Shown here in pieces: positions 26,467 to 37,674 of a DNA stretch of 64,000 nucleotides. The position numbers and the translations under genes are program-made. Within the stretch, counting starts at the first letter, position 1; each line of letters opens with the position of its first letter. Source of the DNA: Moniliella sp. 'wahieum' (taxonomy: Eukaryota). Where the stretch lies: the NCBI GenBank assembly GCA_003971905.1, contig RSEE01000015.1, forward strand, positions 248,001 through 312,000, read 5' to 3'. The notes beneath the pieces were generated by a model. That model saw only the letters and a list, made by a program, of their open reading frames with translations. It was not told where the DNA came from and did not search any database.

Positions 26467-27084
26467 TTTCAGGCCAAGCCTTCAAGGCCGTTATCCCATG
26501 CCAGATGCGTGTGTGCGATCAAATGCTCTGCCGAACCACTGCCGAACCGCGTGCATCTTGGAGACGCCATTCCATCGTGCGGAACATAGTGACATCTACG
26601 CGTAGAAAAGCGGTAGTTGTTTGATAGTGGTGCGCAGGGGCAGCGCTCAAGAGAGCTGGATGCGTGGGGGACCTGTTTTGGAAAGATGTTTCTCAAAGTC
26701 GTGACGGCCGTTTTGAATGGCCTCTGCACTAGGGGTTGGATGGAGTAAGAGGCGACTGAGGCACTTTGCTGATGCTCTTGGACGGAGAGCCGCCAGCCGG
26801 GACCTGGGAGGACCGCAGCCAATGTGGAGAAGTCCGCGGCAGCCTGCGGCAGCCCCTGGACCGTCACCCAAAAAGGCTGGCAACCGCGTCAGCATGTCAG
26901 CTCAGAGATCGTTCTGAACTCAGCGAGACAAGATGATGGGGATTACCTAATGTGTCCTCAAATAGTGCCACTAGCCCCCCCCAACGGCCAACCGCCGTGC
27001 GGTTTGGGCCGTCTTAACACCGAACGACGCCACCACTGCCTCCTTCTCTTGGCCATCTGTCGCCGCCTCCATCCGTTACCGCCA

Positions 27085-30000
27085 ATGTTTGCCAGCGACG
27101 GTTCCAGCACCACCTCGCCTCCTGGCAGGCCCTCTCATGGAGTCAAGCGGGCTGCCATATCCGAGGACGACAAAGATGCTGATCCGACTCGCCACCCACT
27201 GCCGGCGCCAAGGCTCATGCGCCTGTAAAGGCCGCGTGTCTCTTCTGCCGGTCTCGGTACGTTCCTCTTTTGGCGATCTCGTTTGCTTCCCGCATCTCCA
27301 TTGACAATTTTATCCCTACTCAGAAAGTCCAAGTGTGACGGACAGAGGCCTTGCAAGACGTGTATTACCAGGAAACGCGAAAACGAGTGCGTATACACCG
27401 CCTCGAAGCGGGGAGCCAAGCGACGCATGATCGACCCAGCCGAACTGCGCCAGCATCTTCAAGAGCTCTTGGGCCTTAGTTCTTTGCCCAACGACATTCG
27501 TGTCCCCGGCCGAGTTCCGCAACTGCTTCCGTTTCAGCAGCCCGACTTGAGCTCGATGAGTTCTTTTGAGCTCAACATGCTCCAAGAAGCAATTGAAACT
27601 GAGCGTGCACGCCAGCAGGCGGGAGGCGCCAAAAAGGAACATGGAAGTACCAACAATGAGCCGATGTCTTCTGCTTCATCTGTCCTTACTCGTCTGGTCC
27701 AACAGCGCCCGCGGACGCATCCCAGCTGCCCACACTGCCAGCAAATTCCCGATCCTCCGCTCCTCGTTCATCTACCGTCGATTCCTCCGAGTTGCGTTCT
27801 CTTGTAGCTGGCGCACTTAAGCAGTTGAGCGTGGACGATGCCAACGCCATGTCTTCTGCTCCGAATATGTGGTCTCCACAACAATTGGCGCGCAACAACG
27901 GGGCCCCCGTTTCCGCCGGAACGGGTGCTGTCCCAGTCTCTGCTATCCCGCTGTTGCTGCTGGAAATGACTCGTTTAGCTTTTCGCTGTCTCCCACTTCG
28001 CTCAACTTCACGCCTTCAGCTGTACCACCCATGAACACGCTAGAGCCGGATTTTTCTGATCCTTTAGCTCCTTTGGCGGCGAAAGTGCACCAGCAACAGA
28101 GCCAAAGGCGAGCGGGATTGGGCTCCTTGCATAACCATTGTGAGACTCACTTGTCAAGCCCCGCCCGCACCCGCCAATTGCTCACCTCGTTTTACTTTCA
28201 TCTTTACTCGTTTCTACCCGTTTTGCTCCCTCCTCAACACATGGAGGCATATGTTGAGTGGTATAGCTCCCATCGATCTCCTTTCCTTTTGGCTTTGGAG
28301 GCCATACTGCCCTTCCTGGAAGACAATGTGGAACAGGAACCATATGAGGGACCTGCAGCGTTCAATTCGCCCGCTCGTCAAGAGCGCCGCCGGTCTGCTG
28401 TCCATTTGTTCGCCAAACAAGGGATGTCATTGACGAGGCCCTCGAGGCCATGGAGGAGCAAGCCGATTGGGGAACTTTGCTTGAAATTCTCCAAGCTCTT
28501 GTTGTCCTGTCTATCTTGGAGTACGGATCGAGCCGGGCAGTCAAGGCGAGGATCAAGGCGGACCAGGCTCTGAGCTTGGCCATGTCCCATGGAATGCACC
28601 GCATGTCGTCCTTGGCTGCCTTTGAAACGCTAATGGCCCCCTCGATCAAGGCTGCATCAACCCGCAGACTGCTTGACACCCTTTCAAGCCCATTTTTTTG
28701 ATATGAGCAAGCGAGTTTGGTGGACGACCTGGACCGTTCTCTTTTACGCATCCTTCAATACCGGCAAGTTGTTGACGATCAGCGCTGATGACCCCAGGGT
28801 TACATCCGCCCTGCCTTCCGGGACGGGGTTGTCACGGGAAAATGAGTGGGAGAAACACGTGTCCACGCTCCGGTTTATGTTGATAGTGCAAGACCGGGTC
28901 TCAGCCATGGTCCAGTCACTCTCATCTGAACTGACGACCCCGTTGTATCACCAGACCCCACCTTCAGTGGCTCCATGGCCACCGACTCCGTTTTCTCCCC
29001 CTCATCGTCGACGAGTTCGAACCGAGACCGCCTGGCGGATAGTATGCGGTCGATTGACAAAGCGTTGGAGGCCCAAATTCAGGAGTTGGAGAGGCAGCCC
29101 TTACCTTGGAACTCGCCCACCTTCCAAGGCCGGCCCAACAGTTTGGCCCAAGTTGAGGCAAGTCTATCAAGCTACATGCGCTTGATGAACTGGGGTCAAC
29201 TTACACCGGTTGGCTGTGCCTTCACTTGTACTCGGCCCTAGAAGGTGCTTCAATTTTTGAACGGAAGCTCTGCTTTCTCAAGTGCATTCCCGATGAAAAA
29301 CCCAAGCTTACACCACACCCTACCCCGTCCATGTCTAGCCCCCTAACTTCTTTTACCGCTCCCATGGGTCCTCCCGCATTTCCAACGGCACAGGTAGCGC
29401 CTGTGCCCATCCCTGGGATGGATGTGTACAGCAACATCTTTGCACCGGGTACATTGGCTTCCGACTTGGAGCCAACCGTTGGTCCAATTGGGCCAGGATG
29501 GGCTTGGAACGATCTTGACCAGCTCACGGCACAGCTGAGCGCCGACAATCCCCGGTCTGGTCCAGCGGAATCGACTGGTGATTGGCTGTTGCGCATGGCC
29601 GGCCTCAGTCCCTCAGCTGGGGTGGACGGGATTGGTGCTGGGGTTGTGGAGCCCATGTCCGCAGGGCGTGGACAAATCCACCTCCTTTCCCAGTAAAGAC
29701 AGAGACGTCGCTGTCATGGCTGCCGGACATGTCTGGCAAGCCAAGGAGTGAACACCCGTTTGAAGCGCGCTATTCGTTGGGGCGGTGTGTATATGCGTCC
29801 AAACGTCTGCTTGAAATCCTGGGCCATGATCAGCTCATGGTCAATCCGTACTTGGCTTGTGAACACGTCTTGACTGCGTTTATTCTCTTGGTTCAAGCGC
29901 TCAGTGTCAGTAATGACCTGGACGCTTCTGACTTGGCCGAGGGCCAAAGTTTGGCCCTGGTTCAGTCGGCCCAGCAGTCGGCAGCTTTGAATCGACGACG

Positions 30001-30187
30001 ACGCTCCAGTAACCTCACTGAGGACCGCCAAGCCGTTTTGAGCGAGATTTGGCTTCATGTCAGTCGCATCCACGCTGCCCTGACCCGGCAAGCTCAGCAC
30101 TGGGACATGGTGGTCCCTATGGCTCAGGAGGTACAAGTCTGTCTGCAGACAAGCGAGGCTCTGTTTGACCAGACCCAGGAAGCATGA
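27085..30187 (+). CDS. Zn(II)2Cys6 fungal transcription factor; spliced, frameshifted
   Basis: Removing intron 27257-27323 (GTACGT..CAG) gives 'AACLFCRSRKSKCDGQRPCKTCITRKRENECVY' (C-x2-C-x6-C-x5-C-x2-C-x8-C). Downstream middle-homology-like segments are 'FYFHLYSFLPVL', 'LEILQALVVLSILEYG' and 'KRVWW'. Confidence 0.9.
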
Positions 30188-30239
30188 ACAATCTGAATTT
30201 CTGTTTTGATCCCATCGCGTATCGATGAACGCAAAGAAC

Positions 30240-31922
30240 CACTCCCTCGTCATATGGCGGGTTAGAATAGAGCCTGGGATCATAACGACGTCGTAGTAGT
30301 CGTAGGCGCAGCGGTGGCCATTGTGTCCAAGGAGACCCCGTCGGGAGTGGGGTTACCTGCTCGTCATCCCGGTAAGGGCTTGCCCCGCTGCCAGCTCCGC
30401 GCTCGCGCGTCGTCCCATGACCCTCTTGTCGGATGCGCAGTTCCTCCCGCATCGACTCGAGCATAGTCCGGTAAATGCCTGAGATGCCATGCGAAAAAAG
30501 AGTCAGTCTGGTTTGCACTTCCGTTTTGGAAAGAACTCACGTTTTTCCCACTCGCCCCAGATGAGGCCAGTGTACAAGAGGGTAGTCCCGGCAAACCCCG
30601 TGGCAACCGCCAAGAAGGTGACAATGAAGCCCATACCTTTTGGCGGATTCCACGAGGCGAGGCACAATATCAAAGCCAAGCCGGGCAGCAACAAATCCCA
30701 GAGCCAGAACCGCTGGTTCTTCTCTGTCTGCTGTAGACCGCGTACCAAAGCAGCAACCGACAAGTTCAGGCACTCGATAGCCCCCGCGGTACGATCGTGC
30801 GTCCCGCCGATCCGACCTCCGCTGGTCCCCTCATCAGGAGCTGAAATGGCAAAGAGGGCCTCGACACCAAAGTGGTCCGAGACGTTTTGGTTGAGAAGGG
30901 GGATGGGCTCCGTAAATGCCACATTACACGCCAGCGGAGTCAGCAAGCTAGGCGACGAGGGCCGAGACCAAACATCACCCCCTAAACGAGGTGGAGTAAA
31001 GTAGATGTAATCTAGCCGTTTCCCAGCCCCGGCCAAGGCTCGAGGGTCCAGGGTCTTACCGGCCGTCCATGAGTTGAGGGGGGAATCACAGGTGACGCCT
31101 AGCTCGGCCACCCCACGAGCAGGATCGGGTAGAGCTCGAGATGTTTGGCCATCGGGAGAGAGAGAGCGTGACAGCCAGCTCGGGCAGATCGGGATGGAGG
31201 TCGAGGTACATGTCGGTCAGGCCACCGACGTGGCGCAAGAGGCGAGCCGAAAGCGAGGGTGGAGTGCAGTTAAATCGCCCATCTGTAGGGTGGAAAACAG
31301 AGTAAGAGACCTGGGACACAATCTGAGACGAGAGCAAAGAGGGTGAACGTACGACGAGAACATGGCGGCCTTGTTCGGCGCTGTCCCGGGCCCATTGGGC
31401 CAGTTGCCACGTTTGGGTGATCCGCGCCGATCTGGTCCACTCTGGCCCATCCTCCCCACCCGCCAGCAACCGTGTGAGTGATCCAAACGTCAAGGCCCAA
31501 TGGCAAACCAGGGACTGCGACTGTAGCGCAGCCGGCGCCCTTTCCGACAATCCAGTCCCCCTTGGCGACAGCAGCGGGGAGGCCATTGTAATCGTAGGTA
31601 ATGGAGCGAGTGCGTACGATGGGGAAGCGACTAAAAGAGCGAGCCCCATGCCCCATGCACCGCCATAGAAGAACTTGCTGTAGGGGAAGCGGGCGGCGAG
31701 TACAGACTGCAGCCCCACATAGTCCACCTGCGACACCCACAACTCCTGCAGGCCAACCAGGTCGTACTCGCTCTCGGCCAGGGCCTCTGCGATGGCACGC
31801 AGGCGGGTGCGCTTCTGCTTGGACAAGGGCTCAGGAAGACCCCAGACGTTGAGCGTCAGCACCCGTAGCTGCTTTGGCGTAGGCGTGGCCATGGTTTCCG
31901 TCCCAACAGCGGCAGTGGCCAT
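30240..31922 (-). CDS. ISC1: Inositol phosphosphingolipid phospholipase C / neutral sphingomyelinase (ISC1/Css1); 3' end uncertain
   Basis: EEP-fold motifs are 'LRVLTLNVWGL', 'YDLVGLQELWV', 'GDWIVGKG', 'GVTCDSPLNSW', 'GKRLDYIYF' and 'VSDHFGVEA'. Two C-terminal hydrophobic segments end 'GLIWGEWEKR'. An intron lies at about 30479-30540. Confidence 0.92.
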
Positions 31923-33219
31923 GGTGGACAGCAACGGGCATGGAAGCCACGGTTCTCCCAAGCCACCGCAGGGCCAGCACCGATGGAGTCGATGCCGATG
32001 CATCTGATCCTCCCTGTCTCTGTCTGTCTGACATTTGAAATCTACGACGCCAGAAGCAGGAATGAAATGTGAAATCGTGCATTCAACGAGGACCATGTTT
32101 TGGCAGCTGGTCTATAGAAGTCACTATTTCACCAGCGTCAGCCTGCCTGAGCTCAGGCTGAGCCCTATGGGCACGTGCAAGCAGCCGTTTAACGTTTAAC
32201 GTTTAACGTAGATCAATCCAAGATAAACTGGTCATTTGCATCCCACCATGTCGAACGCCAAACGACCAGGGGGAGTCGAGCAATGACCACATTAATGACC
32301 ATATCCCCACATTGCCACACATTGCGACAATCATAGGCAAATCCCTCTCAACGTAACTGACAGTCTCAACAGAGATGGCTACGGGCAGAGTGCACCACGG
32401 TGCTGTAACAGTCGCTCAACTCGGGCTCCGAGCTTGAGGCTAGCCATGCCGTAGCCGGAGATGGGAGGTCTGCTGCTGATATGTAGCCAAGTGGCGACCA
32501 GAAGCCCTGGGGCGATCTGCTGTGAAGCTTGCAGAGACCAACAGGGGGTGTGCGCTTTTGATATTGACGTTTGTCCCTGAGGCTCAGGCCCGAGGGTTCC
32601 TGTAGCATGCTGCAGATTACTCTGCTAATATACACCGGCGCCATGCTGGTACCGGCCCAACCCAGCGGGGGGAATGGTGCTGCAGGCACCGTGCACGCAG
32701 CCCAACTGTGGTTTGGGCGACAGAGGTGATCTAGTGAGCAATAAGTGTGTGGGATCGAGTCGGCACATATCCCGCTGGCAGGCTATACGGCTGCTGCTGC
32801 GGCCTGCAGCGACGGGTCCCGGTAAATTTTGGTACACTTGCACTGAAGTTCTGCTCGCCGAACGACAAGAGCCATAGTGTGCATAAGGGCTGTGATACGA
32901 GCAAGTGTCCGTGCCGTGCCTTTCCGAGTCGGGGCATGGCCGGCATTAACCTCCTCCATCTCTCCCCGCGACCCCCCGGGTTCGCATGTGAGAGTTTGTG
33001 CCCCGTCCTGCCCCTCTGCCGAGACAACGGCTCTGACGACGCCAGCAACCACCAAAACGCCTCCGTCGCTCTCTTCATCTCTCCACATATTCAGTCCTCG
33101 AACCAGCTCCTTTCCTCCTTACCCTCTCCTCATCCACATTGGCCATCTCCCTGTCCCCGCTAACTCTCCCTACGCCCTTCAACTTGTGCATATTCCAGTC
33201 TTCGCTTCATCACTAAATT

Positions 33220-34751
33220 ATGCACACGTCCCTCCTGTCCTCTTCGCCTGCGCGTTCCTTTTCGGGGCCATCAGTGCGCTTGCTGCCCCCCGGTCCTTGA
33301 ACGAGGTGCATTACTCCGTCGCGTCAACAGCTCCGCTATCCCACCTCCCCGAACAGACCCTTTCTACCTGCGTCCTGCCAACATCAGTCTCTACAGACCG
33401 GGGATGTCATTCGCCATCGCGTCATCGATGCCCAGTACAAGATCTCTGGCGCTGGCCGCACCACCCAGATTCTGTACCGAACCACCAACACTCGGCCACC
33501 CTTCAGCCACCGTGACGACGGTAATTGAACCTGCGTCGGGCACCCAGCCTCGCATGCTTTCGTACCATATTTGGGAGGCTTCAACCAATCGCAACTGTGC
33601 ACCGTCCTACACCATCCTCAAGGGCAACAGCGCCCCAACATCATGGTCCTTGGTATGTTATTGGCCCTCACACCGTGTATCTCATCTCGTCTCTTGTTAC
33701 ACTTCTAACACGAGATTGCTTGCGAAGTGTCACTTTTATAGGTGACGATGTACCTGTTTGGTGGGCCTTTCTCTTGGCAAATGGGATCAGTGTAGTGGTA
33801 CCTGACTACAAGGGACCCAAATCTGCCCTCTTTGCTGGGTTCTAAGCAGGCCATGCAATCCTCGATTCGGCGCGTGCCGTGAAGAACTACATGCAATGGC
33901 CGGCAGATGCCCGAGTTGCCATGACGGGGTACTCAGAAGGCGCACATGTGACCTGCTGGGCGGCCAATCTGGCGCCTTCGTATGCCCCCGAGCTCAACAT
34001 TGTGGGTGCCACCCACGGCGGTACGCCGATCGACATGGAGTTGACCCTACGTCATTTTGACAACACCTCCTTCTCAGGCTTTACCCTGGGTGGCATGCAT
34101 GGCATGATGGCTGCCTACCCCAAATTCAACCGTACCATCACTCAGCACGCCCAGCGGGTGCTCACCGACCTGGCTACCATTTATGCCCCACCCGTCTGCC
34201 ACGCCATTCTACGCGGGCCCGCCTTTGCCAACGTCCCCTACATGGAGATGCTTAACCTTCCTAGCGGTGACCCGTACAACGACCCGGTAGTGCGCGCCGT
34301 GCTCAACCGAGAGACAATGTGGAGCAACAAGTCATCTGTTGGCGTAGGATACCCCAAATTCCCGCGGATGATCTACCAAGGCCGCCACGACGATGTGATT
34401 AGCTACGATGCGGTACAAGCCTATGTCGACCAACAATGCTCCCGTCCGGGTGTCCAAATCCAGTTCAATGTGTATGAGGCCAACGCCCACACCGCGCCGC
34501 AACTGGTCATTGGCGGCGACTTGAACGCGATGCAGTTTATGCTAGTAGAGTTATGGAGACCAACGGTCGCTTCCGCACACCTGTTCTCTGTGGCATGCCC
34601 ACCCCGTCTCTCCTCAACCTGGCAACTTGGGGATGACATTTTGGTGGCAACATCGCAGCCGGATTGCAAACCCTCGCAGCCCAGGCGGCTAGTGTTGGCT
34701 TCGGTAACTTGGGCTTTGGTGATTTTGGCCATTTTATCGAAAAGACACTAG
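33220..34751 (+). pseudogene. Secretory lipase (LIP family); in-frame TAA at 33843-33845 plus frameshifts
   Basis: A signal-peptide-like 'VLFACAFLFGAISALAAP' is followed by 'CAPSY', 'VVVPDYKGPKSALFAGF*AGHAILDSARA', the nucleophile elbow 'GYSEG', 'YAPELNIVGATHGGTP' and 'IYQGRHDDVI'. Confidence 0.75.
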
Positions 34752-36436
34752 AGATGTTGTTGTCCTGAACCAATTTTTCCGGGCAAGTGCCTCCCGGCGA
34801 TATTTTCGTTACCTCCTAACGCGCTCACCTCATCCTATAGTAGTATTCCTCATCGGGGTGCGATGATTGGATATCTCTTCCTTTCTTTATGGGAGACGTT
34901 TGTTCTTGTTTTCGTTCCGTCTGTGGTCGCACACACTGGACCTTTTTCGTTTTCACATGCTTTTTCTGTCTTTGTTTCTGTGTTACCCACTTTGGTCACC
35001 CTTTTTCCTTCGACCATAGTTTCTCCCTGGTGCCCTTTGCACATCTCCTTTACCAGCTTCACCATTGTGCAATGTCCCAAGACTGTACGTGCTGACTGTT
35101 GATGGGCTTTTATCATATCTAAATCGTATCCTATTGTACATGGCGCGTAATCGTAATGGTCCGCAGTCTCTGTCTGTCCAACGTCTGTTGATCAATTTAG
35201 TGCATGCTGGACTGTGTATGGGGGAGCTTTTTATGCGAATTTTATCGTTACACGGGCCCTCCGTACGCACTGCGCTTGCGTGGCATTGCGGTGGGTTACC
35301 CGGTACAACGAGAGGAGCCATCTCTGGTCGCGCTGAATCGTGGCGATGTGGCTGTTGTCATCACCACATAATGCTCTTCGGGCTACCTATAGTGTGGTCA
35401 TGCATCATGTGGGCCATCGTGCTTGGTCGGGGTCTTTAGTATATAGGAAAGGTCACTGTGATATATGCCGCTATAGTATAGTATAACCGGTAACCAGTAA
35501 TACAGTGTCATGCTCTCGTGGAAGATGCACTTACAGGGGACCGCCCCCTCCGGATAATTGATGACACTGCTGTTTCCCTTCCTTCACTCGTTGTCTTGTG
35601 AATCGCCTCTCTTCGATTAGATGTTTTCACCCTGCCTTCTACCGTGCTCATTACTACTATTTTTTACAGTTTTTCTGTTGCTCCTTGTGTTTTGCATCGC
35701 CAAGCGTGTGCGGTGGCATAATATAATAGGCCATCGGCCTGTGTTCTCATTCGTTCTGATAACAACGTTGATAGAGATCGTAGGGAGACGCAAGAGTATT
35801 ATCCACGTTATCACGTTTAAATATACAGTCGGACTGGCCGTACTGGACCCGTACCGGCGTGGTGGCTATGCGCGGAGTAGGATCCTAGAGGCTTGTTGTG
35901 CCACGCCCCACACGTACTAGCCGCGGACTAACCGGACTAAGTAAGTACTAACCCGCTATAGTAATTACGGCACTGCCACCGAGGGCTTAGCCTAAGCGCT
36001 GAGCGGGGGCTTAGCGGCTCGGCGTTCCCGGAGGAATCTGTGGGGTCTGTCAGCGACTGCTTCCCAGCCCCAGGGCTCAGCCAGGGGCCCCGCTTGAATC
36101 CCACACAAGCCCCACCAAGATGTCGGAAGAGGTTGTCGGAAGCGGCGGCACCATATGTAGTTTGAAATTTGACGACGCCCTATATAGTGAGAGTAGTACT
36201 GAGATCGATGAGACCAGTACTGAGTTACTGAGTAATACACGCTAAGCATACTGAGACTCATTTCTGAGCGAGTGGATCTAGTCGATCTAAGGGTGCATTT
36301 GGGCCATCTGCCGTACTCAGCGGCAGGTTCTGAAGGATGTAAGCCACCGGATAATCCGACGATCTCCGACGGGAAGTTGCAACCATGAGTGTACGATCAT
36401 ACAGATTAATTGAGTGTACTGATTGGTGTGGTGATC

Positions 36437-36571
36437 GGTGACCGGTAACCGGTAACCGGTAACCGATAACCGGTGAGGCTGAGGGCTGAGGCGCTGAGGG
36501 TGAGTCACTAGTCACTAGTCACTAGTCAGTACTCAGTGAGGCCTGAGATCGATGATCGATGATCGATGATC
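36437..36571. repeat. Compound array of 7-bp interrupted-palindrome tandem repeats
   Basis: GGTGACC, (GGTAACC)x3, GATAACC, (GCTGAGG)x3, (AGTCACT)x3, AGTCAGT, ACTCAGT and (GATGATC)x3, read directly from the sequence. Confidence 0.9.
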
Positions 36572-37674
36572 CAGGGACACGGACTAGCTCCGGCCCACCC
36601 GGTGACGGTGCCCCCCCCTGACCGAACGCTCTGCCTGGCTCTGCCCGCCATTACCTTTGTGTGTGAAGAAGGATTGTGGCGGGGAAGGCCGGGGACCCTG
36701 GGCATGGGGACAGGGGATGGTCGAAGAGTACGTACTGAGTTCTGCCGAGCACTCCAGCCAAAAAAGCACAGCACGCCAGGGTCGGAGGCCAACCAGTATA
36801 TTATGCGGTCGTGAATAATGTACTTTTGTGTGGGCATATGAGAGCAAGTAGGGGCCCTCCCGCCGTACCTAGGCTGACTGGTTGTTCGTATTTCGACTGT
36901 TCCGGCCTTGGTCTTAGGCCTTTTAGGCCGCAGTAACTCCCAGACACTATGGCCCCTTGCTCGTTACTCAGCGCCAGGGTTCTTCCCCAAGAGGCTGAGC
37001 GCTCAGTGAGCGCGCGTGCTCAGATATCGATCATGGATCACAGAGGAGCCCATCATGCACATGCATCATACATCAAGCTTCAAGCAACGCCTCATCAAGA
37101 TCAAGTCGTTCTCAAAAGAGATATATCTTTGTGCAGCTGTCCTCTTTCCACCATTTCTTCCGTACGTCTCTCACTCTGGGGAGAACAGCATTGCTGGGTG
37201 TTACCTGCGTTGACTCTACTGCTACCTACCTCCGGTACACCCGACATTGCTACTGTGTTCGCGGGCGTTTTCACACACCGGACACGAAAAAAAGAGAGCA
37301 AAAAGAAAAGGAAAAAAAGCACACAGCTGTTGCATCTCGTCGTTCGCCCATCACTCGACCCTCAGGCCTCACCCCCACTGCATCTGTTTCTTCCTACTTC
37401 CGATCTCTAAATTGCACGGCCATTGGACGTGTGGCTGACACCATCCTTGCCCATTACTACAACTGTCTGCTGTTTTCCCGAGAAAGCCAGCCCGCACTGC
37501 CACCACGCTCTCATTTGTTTTTTCCCGAGCTCTTCTCTCTCTGCCTTCCATCGCCTCTCAAAAAGACTGGAGCTTTCTCCGACACTCCTTTATCATCACC
37601 TCCATCCTTCTCAGTTTACACCCCCTCCCACCAATTTCTGTTATCTCCCTCATTCTTTTTTCTTGCTTACGCCG

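Noticed and set aside
27220..27240. Defective CxC first zinc ligand pair in the Zn2Cys6 factor
   Set aside because: This came from the wrong frame. Splicing intron 27257-27323 gives a normal CLFC pair.
27085..34751. Secondary-metabolite cluster around the Zn2Cys6 factor
   Set aside because: There is no PKS, NRPS, terpene synthase or tailoring-enzyme set nearby.
36437..36571. CRISPR array or telomeric repeat interpretation of the repeat stack
   Set aside because: The units are 7 bp with no unique spacers and no cas genes nearby, and the DNA is eukaryotic. The units are heterogeneous and not a TTAGGG-type tract.
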